Shown here piece by piece: positions 9,089 to 17,312 of a DNA stretch of 64,000 bases. The stretch spans positions 7,378 through 71,377 of the forward strand of contig CAZMWE010000001.1 in the NCBI GenBank assembly GCA_964570005.1, written 5' to 3'. Numbering within the stretch: position 1 is the first letter of the stretch; each line of letters starts with the position of its first letter. The translations under genes and the position numbers were made by a program. This DNA is from an uncultured Candidatus Saccharibacteria bacterium. GTDB lineage: Bacteria; Patescibacteriota; Saccharimonadia; Saccharimonadales; UBA4665. The notes under the pieces are model-generated. The model saw nothing but the letters and a program-made list of their open reading frames with translations. It did not search any database and had not been told where the DNA came from.

Positions 9089-9547
9089 TTATTGTAGCGT
9101 ACTCACCTCTTGGAAGTCGCTTTCGCGTACCACGTCGTGCTCTACGACTACGGTACCCGTAAAGCGCTTGCCCGCCAGCAGGAGTGGCAACCATAGCTTG
9201 TCGTCTGGCCACATTTGGTCGTATGGAATGTCAGCAAGATTGAACCACTGTGGTCGCATTTCTTCGGTTTCGTGCGGGTCGCCAATCCATGTATCCGCTA
9301 CGTAAACATGACAATAATGTTCCACATCCGGTAGATCATAAAAGTGCAATTCTCCGATTTTGTGCAGGTTCTGTGGTGTCACGCCGATCTCTTCTTCGCA
9401 TTCGCGGACCGTGGCTTGTGCGTATGTTTCGCCCGGTTCAACCTTGCCCCCTGCACCATTCCACTTACCTTCGCCGAACCCGCGTTTCTTCATGGCCAGC
9501 AAAATCTCCCCGTTGCGCCGCAAAAATAGCAATGTGGTGTGCTTCAT
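9089..9547 (-). CDS. NUDIX hydrolase (MutT/8-oxo-dGTPase-like)
   Basis: Nudix box GGKVEPGETYAQATVRECEEEIGV. 152 aa. The start overlaps the stop of the upstream gene. Confidence 0.85.
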   Translation of the reverse strand: MKHTTLLFLRRNGEILLAMKKRGFGEGKWNGAGGKVEPGETYAQATVRECEEEIGVTPQNLHKIGELHFYDLPDVEHYCHVYVADTWIGDPHETEEMRPQWFNLADIPYDQMWPDDKLWLPLLLAGKRFTGTVVVEHDVVRESDFQEVSTLQ

Positions 9548-10101
9548 ATCAGCGATTGTAACAGATGAACGTACGGTGTGGGGTTATCCCAGCAGTCGTC
9601 ATGCTCGCCGGGCAGCGAAATAAAGGTGCGCGGGCCTTTGAACGGCAGGTCGAGGATGTGCGGCGAACAGGTAGCGTCGTCGCGATTGCGTAAGATAATT
9701 TGATACTGTGTGCTGTTCCAGGGCTTGTCGGCGCCAAGGTTCATGGCCATTCGTATGTGGTCTTTGAGATTGAGCACGTAGCGGAAATGATACGTCCACT
9801 TGCGGCCCCATTGCGACAATCGGCGTTGCTGGCGATATAGCCGGAATTCACGGCTGACTTTTATAACCAGGCACGTGAACCACGATCGGCCGGGCCAATA
9901 CGGTATGCCTACCGTAACCACCAGGCGTGCTTTGTTTTTGAGTGGCACGAGCAGACAGCCGCCAGAGTGGGCGAAGATGATATCGGCCGCAGTTGGGTTA
10001 TGCACAACTACAAACCCTGCTTGCTCGCAAGCTTTGACGAGTTGACGACCAATGGCTGGACCTTCGTTTAGGCCATATAAAATACAGATGCTGTGGCTCA
10101 T
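9544..10101 (-). CDS. small alpha/beta-hydrolase-like protein (YdeN/RBBP9-type, tentative)
   Basis: 185 aa with a nucleophile-elbow-like IIFAHSGGCLLV and C-terminal GEHDD. It has 4-nt overlaps with both the xth stop and the Nudix start. Confidence 0.4.
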   Translation of the reverse strand: MSHSICILYGLNEGPAIGRQLVKACEQAGFVVVHNPTAADIIFAHSGGCLLVPLKNKARLVVTVGIPYWPGRSWFTCLVIKVSREFRLYRQQRRLSQWGRKWTYHFRYVLNLKDHIRMAMNLGADKPWNSTQYQIILRNRDDATCSPHILDLPFKGPRTFISLPGEHDDCWDNPTPYVHLLQSLI

Positions 10102-10895
10102 ATGTCCAGAGTGATGCTGACCGGGCAGTGGTCGGAGCCTGTGACCGCCGGGTGGATATCGGCGACTGTAACCTTGGGCTTAAGACTATTACTCACCAGA
10201 AAGTAATCGATGCGCCAGCCGACGTTGCGGGCGCGGGCGTTGGCAAAATGGCTCCACCAGGTGTAGTAGCCGTTGCCTTGCTTGAAGAGCCGCAGCGTAT
10301 CCACAAAACCAGCGTCGATAAACGCCTGGAAGCCAGCCCGTTCTTCATCGGTAAAGCCCTTTTTACCGACATTTGGCTTGGGGTTGGCCAGATCATCCTC
10401 GGTGTGGGCAACGTTTAGGTCACCACAGAACACTACCGGCTTGGTTTGCTCCAGCTGTTTGCAATACGCCAGAAACGCTGGGTCCCAATGCTTGTGGCGT
10501 AGTTCAAGTCGGGTCAGGTCATCTTTGGCATTAGGTGTATAGACAGTAACCAGCCAAAAACCGTCAAATTCGGCGGCGATTACCCTGCCCTCCAGGTTCG
10601 GGTTGCCGTAGGTGTCGCCGGTGACGCCATACTCTTTTATGAGGTCCTCGGGAAAGCCGTTTACAACTTGGAGTGACTTTAGCTTGGTCAAAATGGCCGT
10701 GCCGCTATAACCCGGTTTTTCGGCCGCATACCAGATAGCGCGGTAGCCATCCAATGCTAGCCCTGCCTGTGCTTCGGTAGCCTTGACCTCCTGCAGGCAT
10801 AAAATATCAGGCTGCTCCTTGTCCAAAAACGGCTGCAGGGCGTCCTTGCGTAGTACGGCGCGGATACCATTGACGTTCCAACTGTAGATCTTCAT
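10098..10895 (-). CDS. xth: exodeoxyribonuclease III (AP endonuclease)
   Basis: MKIYSWNVNGIRA.., DILCLQEVK, GDLNVAH, SDHCPV are classic EEP/ExoIII motifs. TATACT at 10908..10903 lies 7 nt upstream of the ATG. Confidence 0.92.
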   Translation of the reverse strand: MKIYSWNVNGIRAVLRKDALQPFLDKEQPDILCLQEVKATEAQAGLALDGYRAIWYAAEKPGYSGTAILTKLKSLQVVNGFPEDLIKEYGVTGDTYGNPNLEGRVIAAEFDGFWLVTVYTPNAKDDLTRLELRHKHWDPAFLAYCKQLEQTKPVVFCGDLNVAHTEDDLANPKPNVGKKGFTDEERAGFQAFIDAGFVDTLRLFKQGNGYYTWWSHFANARARNVGWRIDYFLVSNSLKPKVTVADIHPAVTGSDHCPVSITLDI

Positions 10896-10954
10896 GGTGT
10901 GTAGTATACGACGGTATTGTAATGTCAGCCATTTAATTTTATAATTCTGGGCCT

Positions 10955-11896
10955 ATGACAAAAAGAAGGTACCCCAGTAGAAATCTGCCGGACTATCCTA
11001 CTTGTATGATTACTGCCGGAGGCTGGGCCCGCAGTGGTAAGGGTACAAGTATGCTTGACCTTAAGATTGGCCTTGAAGCTATTGGTGTAGGCGTTATGCT
11101 AATAGACCAAGGCCTCAAGTTTAGGGCTATGGCACGGGTTGCTCTGGATATGGGCGAGCCACTTGATAGTCCTACTACTCTGGGTGCGTTTCTAGGCTCT
11201 GACGCAACACAAAGAGAGGTACTCACTTTGCTTGACAGGGTGTCGAGGATGAATGAGGTGGAGCGAAGGGCTTGCTTGTATGGTCCCGAAATGACCAGCG
11301 CAAGCGGAAAGCCTGGCAGAGTGAAGGCTTCACATACCATTGCCATAGGACTTCTGGAAGCTGAGGTGCGGCAGGCGGTCGAAGCGGAGACTGATGTGTT
11401 GTTGATTGACGGACGTCAGATGGAAGACTATGCCCGTGCTTTCGCCAGGCGGGACCTAGGACGTTTCGTCATGGGTTGGTTTTTCAAATGTGACCCGGTG
11501 GTTGCTGCGCGGCGCAGCCTGGGCATAGTAGCTCCGTCGGAGGAATTAACCCTCGAACAGAAAGCACTTTTGTTCGATGAAGCTGTGAAAATTAGTGATC
11601 GGAATCGGTCAGATATGCTGCGTGGTGCAGACCTGGATCCCTTACGGGAGCCAACTCGTGCCTATAGAGTAGACTTGGCAGCCTATGGCACACTCGGCGA
11701 TAGTCCCCTCTACGGACATGCCCATAACGTACGGCATGGGGGTGCTGGCATGGCGCTTGTAGATACTTCCTACACAAGCACGGTCGAGGAAATGACAGGT
11801 CCCGTTACTGCTATCTCCATGATGAGTCTGTACCAGCATGGCCCTCTTCTGCCGGAAGATGTTGGCATGCGAGTTGCTCGATCCAGCGAGTGGTAA
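10955..11896 (+). CDS. cytidylate-kinase-like P-loop protein (divergent, with insertions)
   Basis: It can be aligned by eye to E. coli Cmk: GGWARSGKGTS vs GPSGAGKGT, LIDQGLKFRAMA vs LLDSGAIYRVLA, LLIDGRQM vs IADGRDM, ISDRNRSD..DPL vs IKERDDRD..APL, LVDTSYTSTVEEM vs VLDSTTLSIEQV. It is ~90 aa longer than Cmk. Confidence 0.5.
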   Translation: MTKRRYPSRNLPDYPTCMITAGGWARSGKGTSMLDLKIGLEAIGVGVMLIDQGLKFRAMARVALDMGEPLDSPTTLGAFLGSDATQREVLTLLDRVSRMNEVERRACLYGPEMTSASGKPGRVKASHTIAIGLLEAEVRQAVEAETDVLLIDGRQMEDYARAFARRDLGRFVMGWFFKCDPVVAARRSLGIVAPSEELTLEQKALLFDEAVKISDRNRSDMLRGADLDPLREPTRAYRVDLAAYGTLGDSPLYGHAHNVRHGGAGMALVDTSYTSTVEEMTGPVTAISMMSLYQHGPLLPEDVGMRVARSSEW

Positions 11897-11900
11897 CTTT

Positions 11901-11909
11901 TGATATACT
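11901..11909 (+). promoter_or_regulatory. extended -10 box TGaTATACT, 8 nt upstream of pyrH ATG
   Basis: Sequence ttgatatactaagggacaATG. The same TGATATACTAAG string occurs upstream of the gene at 3975. Confidence 0.5.
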
Positions 11910-11917
11910 AAGGGACA

Positions 11918-12643
11918 ATGGCGTACAAGCGTGTGCTTCTGAAGCTGTCCGGCGAGCAACTGGCCGGCAAGTACGAGTTTGGAGTTGATCCGGAAATCGC
12001 CGCGTTTCTGGCAAATGAAATCAAGCAGGCGCTCGCCACAGGCTGTCAACTGGCACTGGTGGTGGGCGGCGGCAATATGGTGCGCGGCGAGGAAGTGGCC
12101 GGGAACGGTATTCGCCGCGTAACGGCTGATCAGATGGGTATGCTGAGCGGCCTGATTAACTGCATGGCCATGACGGATATCTTTGAGGCGCAGGGCTTAA
12201 GTACACGGTGCTTAAGCAGCGTGTTTGCGGAACAGCTAGCAGAAAATTATTCATACCGGCGGGCCGAAAAGCACCTGGTGAACGGCCGGGTAGTCATCAT
12301 TGCCGGCGGTATCGCCCGTCCGTACTTTACACATGACACGGCAGCGGTCAGCTACGGGCTGGAGCTTGATTGCGAAGTGGTGCTGAAGGCAACAAAGGTT
12401 GAAGGTGTGTTTGATAAAGACCCTGCCAAGTTCAAAGATGCGCGGCTGCTGCCCGAGATGACCCTAAACGAGGCGGTGACCAACGGTGCGATCGCTGTGA
12501 TGGACAAGGCCGCACTGGGTCTGGCGTTAGAGCAGAACCAGCCGCTGATAGTGTTCAACCCGATGGTTAAAGGCAATATTGCTCGGGTGATCGCCGGTGA
12601 AGCGGTCGGTACTAAAATTGGCCGAGAGGCCGGGGGTTTATAA
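11918..12643 (+). CDS. pyrH: UMP kinase
   Basis: KRVLLKLSGE, VVGGGN, IIAGG..PYFTHDTAA, KATKVEGVFDKDP are canonical amino-acid-kinase/PyrH motifs. Confidence 0.93.
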   Translation: MAYKRVLLKLSGEQLAGKYEFGVDPEIAAFLANEIKQALATGCQLALVVGGGNMVRGEEVAGNGIRRVTADQMGMLSGLINCMAMTDIFEAQGLSTRCLSSVFAEQLAENYSYRRAEKHLVNGRVVIIAGGIARPYFTHDTAAVSYGLELDCEVVLKATKVEGVFDKDPAKFKDARLLPEMTLNEAVTNGAIAVMDKAALGLALEQNQPLIVFNPMVKGNIARVIAGEAVGTKIGREAGGL

Positions 12644-15001
12644 ACTCAAATCGGGCGCATCAAGGGTGATGTGGTCCCCTGGGTTGGCCTCGTGCCGGAG
12701 GATCTTGCCGGCCACGGTGTTCTCGACGGCACGCTGAAGGGTACGACGCATGGGCCGGGCACCGAGACGTGGGTCGTTGCCGGCCTCGACGATTTTGGCG
12801 ATGGCAACATCAGTCAGCTCTACGGAAATATTCTGTGCCGACAGCGTTTTGTTGACCTCGGCCAGCATCAGCCGGACAACCTGAGCGAGTTCGTCGGGTG
12901 CCAGCGGACGGAATAACACGACCTCGTCAAAACGGTTGATGAGCTCGGGTTTGAACTGGCCGCTGTTAATGAGCTCATCTTCGAGCTGGCTTTCAAATTG
13001 TTCCAGCTGTTCGCCGCGCTCGATATGTGAGCGGATGCTGTCGGCACCGGCGTTGCTAGTGGCAATGACCACGGCATCTTTGAACGACACGCTGCGGCCG
13101 CTGGTGTCGGTCAGCTGCCCTTCATCCAACATTTGCAGTAGCAGATTGAGGATGTTTGGGTGAGCTTTTTCAATCTCATCCAGCAATACCACGCTAAACG
13201 GTGATGTACGGACGCTCATAATGAGGCTTTTGGTTTCGTGCTGCCCGTCGCTTAAGATACGGGCCACGTCGCTCTCCTGCTGGTATTCGCTCATATCTAG
13301 GCGAATCATGTTGGCCTCACTGCCGAAGTAGGTGGCGGCAACCGCCTTGGCCAGTTCCGTCTTACCCACCCCGGTTGGTCCTAGAAACAGGAAGCTGCCT
13401 ATGGGCCGTTTGGGGTTAGCCACTCCTGCCCTGGCCCGGCGCAGCGCATCAGACACGACGGCCACGGCACGTGATTGGTTGATCATGCGCTGGTGAATTT
13501 TATCTTCCAGATGGAGCAGTTCGTCGGCTTCAAGCGGCTTCGCGGTGCCGGCTTTGACACCTCGTGTCTGCTCAATGGCGGCCTGCACGCTTTGCTCGGT
13601 AATGACTTTGCCGGTGCCGTGTGTGAGCGACTGTTCCAGCAGGCGGATAGCCTTGCCTGGATAAGCCATATCCATCTCGTACCGGCCGCTGAGCGTATAG
13701 GCGGCCTTGACGGCTTCGTAGGTAACCAGGACTTTGCGCCGGGCCTCCAGGTAGCCTGCGCTGTCAGCTACAATCTCTAGCACTTCGCTTTCCGGCGGCT
13801 CGCGCAGCACTACGGGCGTAAGCTGGCCGGCGAAGGCCGGATTGGTCGCCCGCAAACCCTCATAATCATGCGGCGTGACGGCGAACATTAGCTGCAGCGC
13901 ATGGCTCTGTACGGCCGGTAGTAGAATTTGCGTGGCGTCGAAACTGCCCGGTCCGCCGTGGAAAAACAGATGGGCGTCGTCAAAAAACAGGATGATATTG
14001 CCGGCGTGGGCGGCTTCCATGAGCAGGCTGTTCAGGATATATTCCAGCCGACCGGGCTGCGTGGCCGCTGAGACAATCGCCGAGGCGTCAAGGCCGACAA
14101 CCTGCTTGTGCTGCAGCACCGGATCCTGGGCTTCGGCTAACACATTTTGCGCGAGCGCGTAGGCGTGGCTGGTTTTGCCGATGCCGTCCGGGCCGATGAG
14201 CGCGATGGCGGTAGCGCCCTGACTGAAAGCGGCTTTGGTGTCGTGTACACCCGGGCTGTCCATGAGTGCGCCGAAGTGTGCGCCGTGGCGCTCGATAGCC
14301 GCCGAGATGTTGTGTCCATACTGATTAAGCAGCGGCGTGAACCCGCTAGCCCAGTCACGACCGATACCGCCGTAGGTTTGCGGCTTGGTATGCATAGCTT
14401 CAAGCGTGCGTTGGAACCAGCCGATCACGGCATCAAGGTCTTTTGGCACAAGCTTCATATGTTTCAGTATTTCGGCGACAACCGGTGAGGTTTGCAGTAG
14501 TACGGCGGCAAGATGGCCGACTTCTACCGTGCGGCTGTCAGAACTGTCGGCCAGTTGCGTAGCTGCCTCGAATATCGATTGTAGTGCGGCTGTATCTTCG
14601 CTGAAGCAGCCCTGCAGCTGGTCGGCCTGGATGAACAAGTGATTGGTGATAAAAAGCGTTTGGCCATCAGTATGGATAGCGTCCCATAGGGTGCTCGGCG
14701 AATAGTCGGTGCCGGGTTTGAGCAGTACAAGGCAGGCGGTGCTTAGGCGGCCCATCAGACTGTTATTGGCGGGCGGTACGCTGCGCAGATCCTGACGCCA
14801 CCAGACAGCCGGCATGAGCAGAAGTATGCCGATGCCGCCCAGGCTATACCCTAAGCGGATACTTGAAATTACCAGACCCGCCCCGGTGGCAATGCACAAC
14901 ATAGCTGCGCCGAGTAATGTCGCGTAGCCGGCCGTGCCGATTTTGGCTCCCAGACGTGCTTTATGAGCCCGCGGCGAATTGAGGTCGAGCATGCGGTCCA
15001 C
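12638..15001 (-). CDS. membrane-anchored Clp/Hsp100-type double AAA+ ATPase
   Basis: The N-terminus has two hydrophobic helices (GYATLLGAAMLCIATGAGLVISS, LGGIGILLLMPAVWW), then a Clp_N-like repeat (VEVGHLAAVLLQTSPVVAEIL). D1 has Walker A GPDGIGKT and Walker B ILFFDDAH. D2 has Walker A GPTGVGKT and Walker B VVLLDEIEKAH. GTG start at 15001 (ATG alternative at 14992). Confidence 0.85.
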   Translation of the reverse strand: MDRMLDLNSPRAHKARLGAKIGTAGYATLLGAAMLCIATGAGLVISSIRLGYSLGGIGILLLMPAVWWRQDLRSVPPANNSLMGRLSTACLVLLKPGTDYSPSTLWDAIHTDGQTLFITNHLFIQADQLQGCFSEDTAALQSIFEAATQLADSSDSRTVEVGHLAAVLLQTSPVVAEILKHMKLVPKDLDAVIGWFQRTLEAMHTKPQTYGGIGRDWASGFTPLLNQYGHNISAAIERHGAHFGALMDSPGVHDTKAAFSQGATAIALIGPDGIGKTSHAYALAQNVLAEAQDPVLQHKQVVGLDASAIVSAATQPGRLEYILNSLLMEAAHAGNIILFFDDAHLFFHGGPGSFDATQILLPAVQSHALQLMFAVTPHDYEGLRATNPAFAGQLTPVVLREPPESEVLEIVADSAGYLEARRKVLVTYEAVKAAYTLSGRYEMDMAYPGKAIRLLEQSLTHGTGKVITEQSVQAAIEQTRGVKAGTAKPLEADELLHLEDKIHQRMINQSRAVAVVSDALRRARAGVANPKRPIGSFLFLGPTGVGKTELAKAVAATYFGSEANMIRLDMSEYQQESDVARILSDGQHETKSLIMSVRTSPFSVVLLDEIEKAHPNILNLLLQMLDEGQLTDTSGRSVSFKDAVVIATSNAGADSIRSHIERGEQLEQFESQLEDELINSGQFKPELINRFDEVVLFRPLAPDELAQVVRLMLAEVNKTLSAQNISVELTDVAIAKIVEAGNDPRLGARPMRRTLQRAVENTVAGKILRHEANPGDHITLDAPDLSL

Positions 15002-15361
15002 TTAAATAAGCCCCCAAACCAGCAACGCGATGCCGAGCAGTGGCACGAGCGGCCACACGACTATTTCCAGCAGGCCGGCCAGGCATAGTCCCACGAATGA
15101 GACCGCAGCTGCCAGTAGTACGAATAAACGTATCACGAATCCCACGCAGCGGCTGATGAAGTTATCCCCGAACGCCCGCAATTTGCCGTCCAGTCCGGCA
15201 CCCGGATAGGTAATGACCCGTTTCCACGGCGCAAACAAGGTGCGCAGCAAGGTATCGATGGAAAACGCCTCTGCCAGTCCGTCCAGGCGCCGCCGGGTGG
15301 CGCTTAAAATCCCTTTCCAACCGCTACCATACCACCAGCTCAAGAGGTCAAGCATAAACAT
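15002..15361 (-). CDS. small integral membrane protein, co-transcribed with the Clp-like ATPase
   Basis: 119 aa. The C-terminal half is two long hydrophobic helices. Its stop TAA abuts the Clp GTG start with no gap. TGcTACAAT lies 9 nt upstream of the ATG. Confidence 0.6.
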   Translation of the reverse strand: MFMLDLLSWWYGSGWKGILSATRRRLDGLAEAFSIDTLLRTLFAPWKRVITYPGAGLDGKLRAFGDNFISRCVGFVIRLFVLLAAAVSFVGLCLAGLLEIVVWPLVPLLGIALLVWGLI

Positions 15362-15422
15362 ATCCTCTGTATTGTAGCATCAACCACAGACCACCCTATA
15401 TGTATCCCCTATACTGTTTGGC

Positions 15423-16118
15423 ATGAACGAAGCAATGCCGGCCGACATTGGTACTCACGGTGAAAGAGCGAGGGTGATTGAGTGGCTGCTGGCGCCGGGT
15501 AAGAGTGTGGTGGACGCAAATAAGTATTGGGCCGCGCATCCAGATTTACCCACGCTTGATAATGGCTGGGAGCTTACGCAGTACGAAGGTATAGTTATTA
15601 GCGCTGAACAAAAGCATGTTGTTCCATCAGGGCCGTATACAAGAGCGTTGCATGTAAGGCAGATTCCGGTTGTGGTGCCTGAAGGCCATGACGCTGTTCA
15701 TCTTGCTGATTATGTGCAAATGATGCGAGATTCCTTTTTTGCAGACGCGCTGTATCATGCCGTAGATACTGCGTACGCAGCCGACCTGGCGGAAGCACAA
15801 GAAAGAGGGCTTAGGGCAGAGATGTTACGTTGGGAGTCAGGCGAATCGCTGGGTGGTGTTGGAGAGCATAGCAAGTACATCATCGGGTTATGGGGTACGT
15901 TGACTAACGGTATGCATGGTGCTGCGCGTGGTCGTAGCTACAATGCTAGTGGTAGTGGGCTGGATGTGTCGCTTGAGGCGATAAGTGCTACACGAGATTT
16001 AGGCGTGCTGGTGCGCTGCGGTGCTCCAGAAGGTATGTCTGATACTGAGTGTGCAGCTCAAACGGAGCGCTTGAGAGAAAAGTTTATGCTACCTGAGTTG
16101 CCCGTTCGATCAGTCTAA
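15423..16118 (+). CDS. hypothetical protein (ORFan)
   Basis: 231-aa ORF with TATACT at 15410..15415, 7 nt upstream of the ATG. No TM and no recognised motif. Confidence 0.5.
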   Translation: MNEAMPADIGTHGERARVIEWLLAPGKSVVDANKYWAAHPDLPTLDNGWELTQYEGIVISAEQKHVVPSGPYTRALHVRQIPVVVPEGHDAVHLADYVQMMRDSFFADALYHAVDTAYAADLAEAQERGLRAEMLRWESGESLGGVGEHSKYIIGLWGTLTNGMHGAARGRSYNASGSGLDVSLEAISATRDLGVLVRCGAPEGMSDTECAAQTERLREKFMLPELPVRSV

Positions 16119-16124
16119 AAATTA

Positions 16125-16214
16125 TGGCGGAGGGAGAGGGATTTGAACCCTCGATACCCTTGCGGGTAAACCGCCTTTCCAAGGCGGCGCCATAGGCCAC
16201 TAGGCGACCCCTCC
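16125..16214 (-). tRNA. tRNA-Ser (anticodon GGA), CCA encoded
   Basis: Reverse complement reads GGAGGGGTCGCCTAGTGG..CCGCC-TTGGAAA-GGCGG.., with a long variable arm, T-arm GAGGG-TTCAAAT-CCCTC, acceptor 3' TCCCTCC, then G-CCA. Confidence 0.9.
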
Positions 16215-16439
16215 ACTGTCGGAGATGCTCATTTTATGGTTTTCTCCACGCACGGGTAAAGTCAAATAGATTTTATCCGGCTCTCTCCCAGCTTTGTATC
16301 AGCCGGGCTTCTCAAGAGCATTTGCAATTATAGCGTAAAATGTCGTGAAAAACACCTTAAAAACAGGTTGCGGATAGATACGGCAGCAGCTTACACTAAG
16401 AAACAGGCTCCAACAAATGTTACGGAGGGTATACAAACA

Positions 16440-17312
16440 TTGCCTCTCATAGAACTCAAGGACGTTAGCAAACTATACGGCTTCGGCGATGCCACCAGCG
16501 TAGCGCTCGACGAGGTTAATTTGACGATTGAACAGGGCGAATGCGTGGCTGTAATGGGGCCATCCGGTAGCGGTAAGAGTACGCTTATGAATATCATCGG
16601 TCTGCTTGACCGGCCGACCCACGGCGACTACAGCTTGAGTGGCCGGCATGTCAGCCAGCTGGCCACCAACCAGCGGGCCCGGATGCGGCGGGACCGCATC
16701 GGATTTATCTTTCAATCGTTCAATTTGTTGCCGCGTCTGACGGCAATTGATAACGTCGCCCTGCCGCTGTTATATAAGGGTATGTCGCCAGCCAAACGTC
16801 TGCGCAAGGCCTGGGACATGCTGGAGCGGGTGGGCTTAGGCGATCACGTGTTCTATTACCCACGTCAGCTGTCCGGCGGTCAGACGCAGAGCGTGGCGAT
16901 TGCTCGGGCGTTGGTGAACAGTCCGCAGCTCATCATCGCCGACGAACCGACGGGCAACTTGGATAGTAACAGTTCGCGGTTGGTCATGGAGCTGCTTTCT
17001 GAAATCCACAAGACCGGCAACACGGTTCTATTCGTGACGCACAATCCCGAGCTTACCCGTTACGCGACGCGCGTAGTGTATATGCAGGACGGTTCCGTCC
17101 GATATGACGAGCAGACCAAGCTTGGCGAGGTCGGACGTTACGCCCGCCAGGTGATGTATGCTGTACCGGAAACGACCGAAGATGATGACTTTGCCGGCGT
17201 GTCAGCCATTATGCCGGTACTCGATAAACGCGCCTCGGCTGGCGCGGCCATAAAAGCCAAGTTGCCCCGTCGCCGCAAAAAAGCTCCTGCCAAAAAGGCG
17301 GCCCGTAAATGA
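16440..17312 (+). CDS. ABC transporter ATP-binding protein (MacB/LolD/FtsE-type)
   Basis: Walker A GPSGSGKST, Q-loop, signature LSGGQTQ, Walker B LIIADEPTGNLD, H-loop VTHN. The ORF is open from TTG 16368, but GGAGG sits 11 nt upstream of TTG 16440, which gives the usual M-PLIELKDVSKLYG N-terminus. It has a Lys/Arg/Ala-rich C-terminal tail. Confidence 0.9.
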   Translation: MPLIELKDVSKLYGFGDATSVALDEVNLTIEQGECVAVMGPSGSGKSTLMNIIGLLDRPTHGDYSLSGRHVSQLATNQRARMRRDRIGFIFQSFNLLPRLTAIDNVALPLLYKGMSPAKRLRKAWDMLERVGLGDHVFYYPRQLSGGQTQSVAIARALVNSPQLIIADEPTGNLDSNSSRLVMELLSEIHKTGNTVLFVTHNPELTRYATRVVYMQDGSVRYDEQTKLGEVGRYARQVMYAVPETTEDDDFAGVSAIMPVLDKRASAGAAIKAKLPRRRKKAPAKKAARK

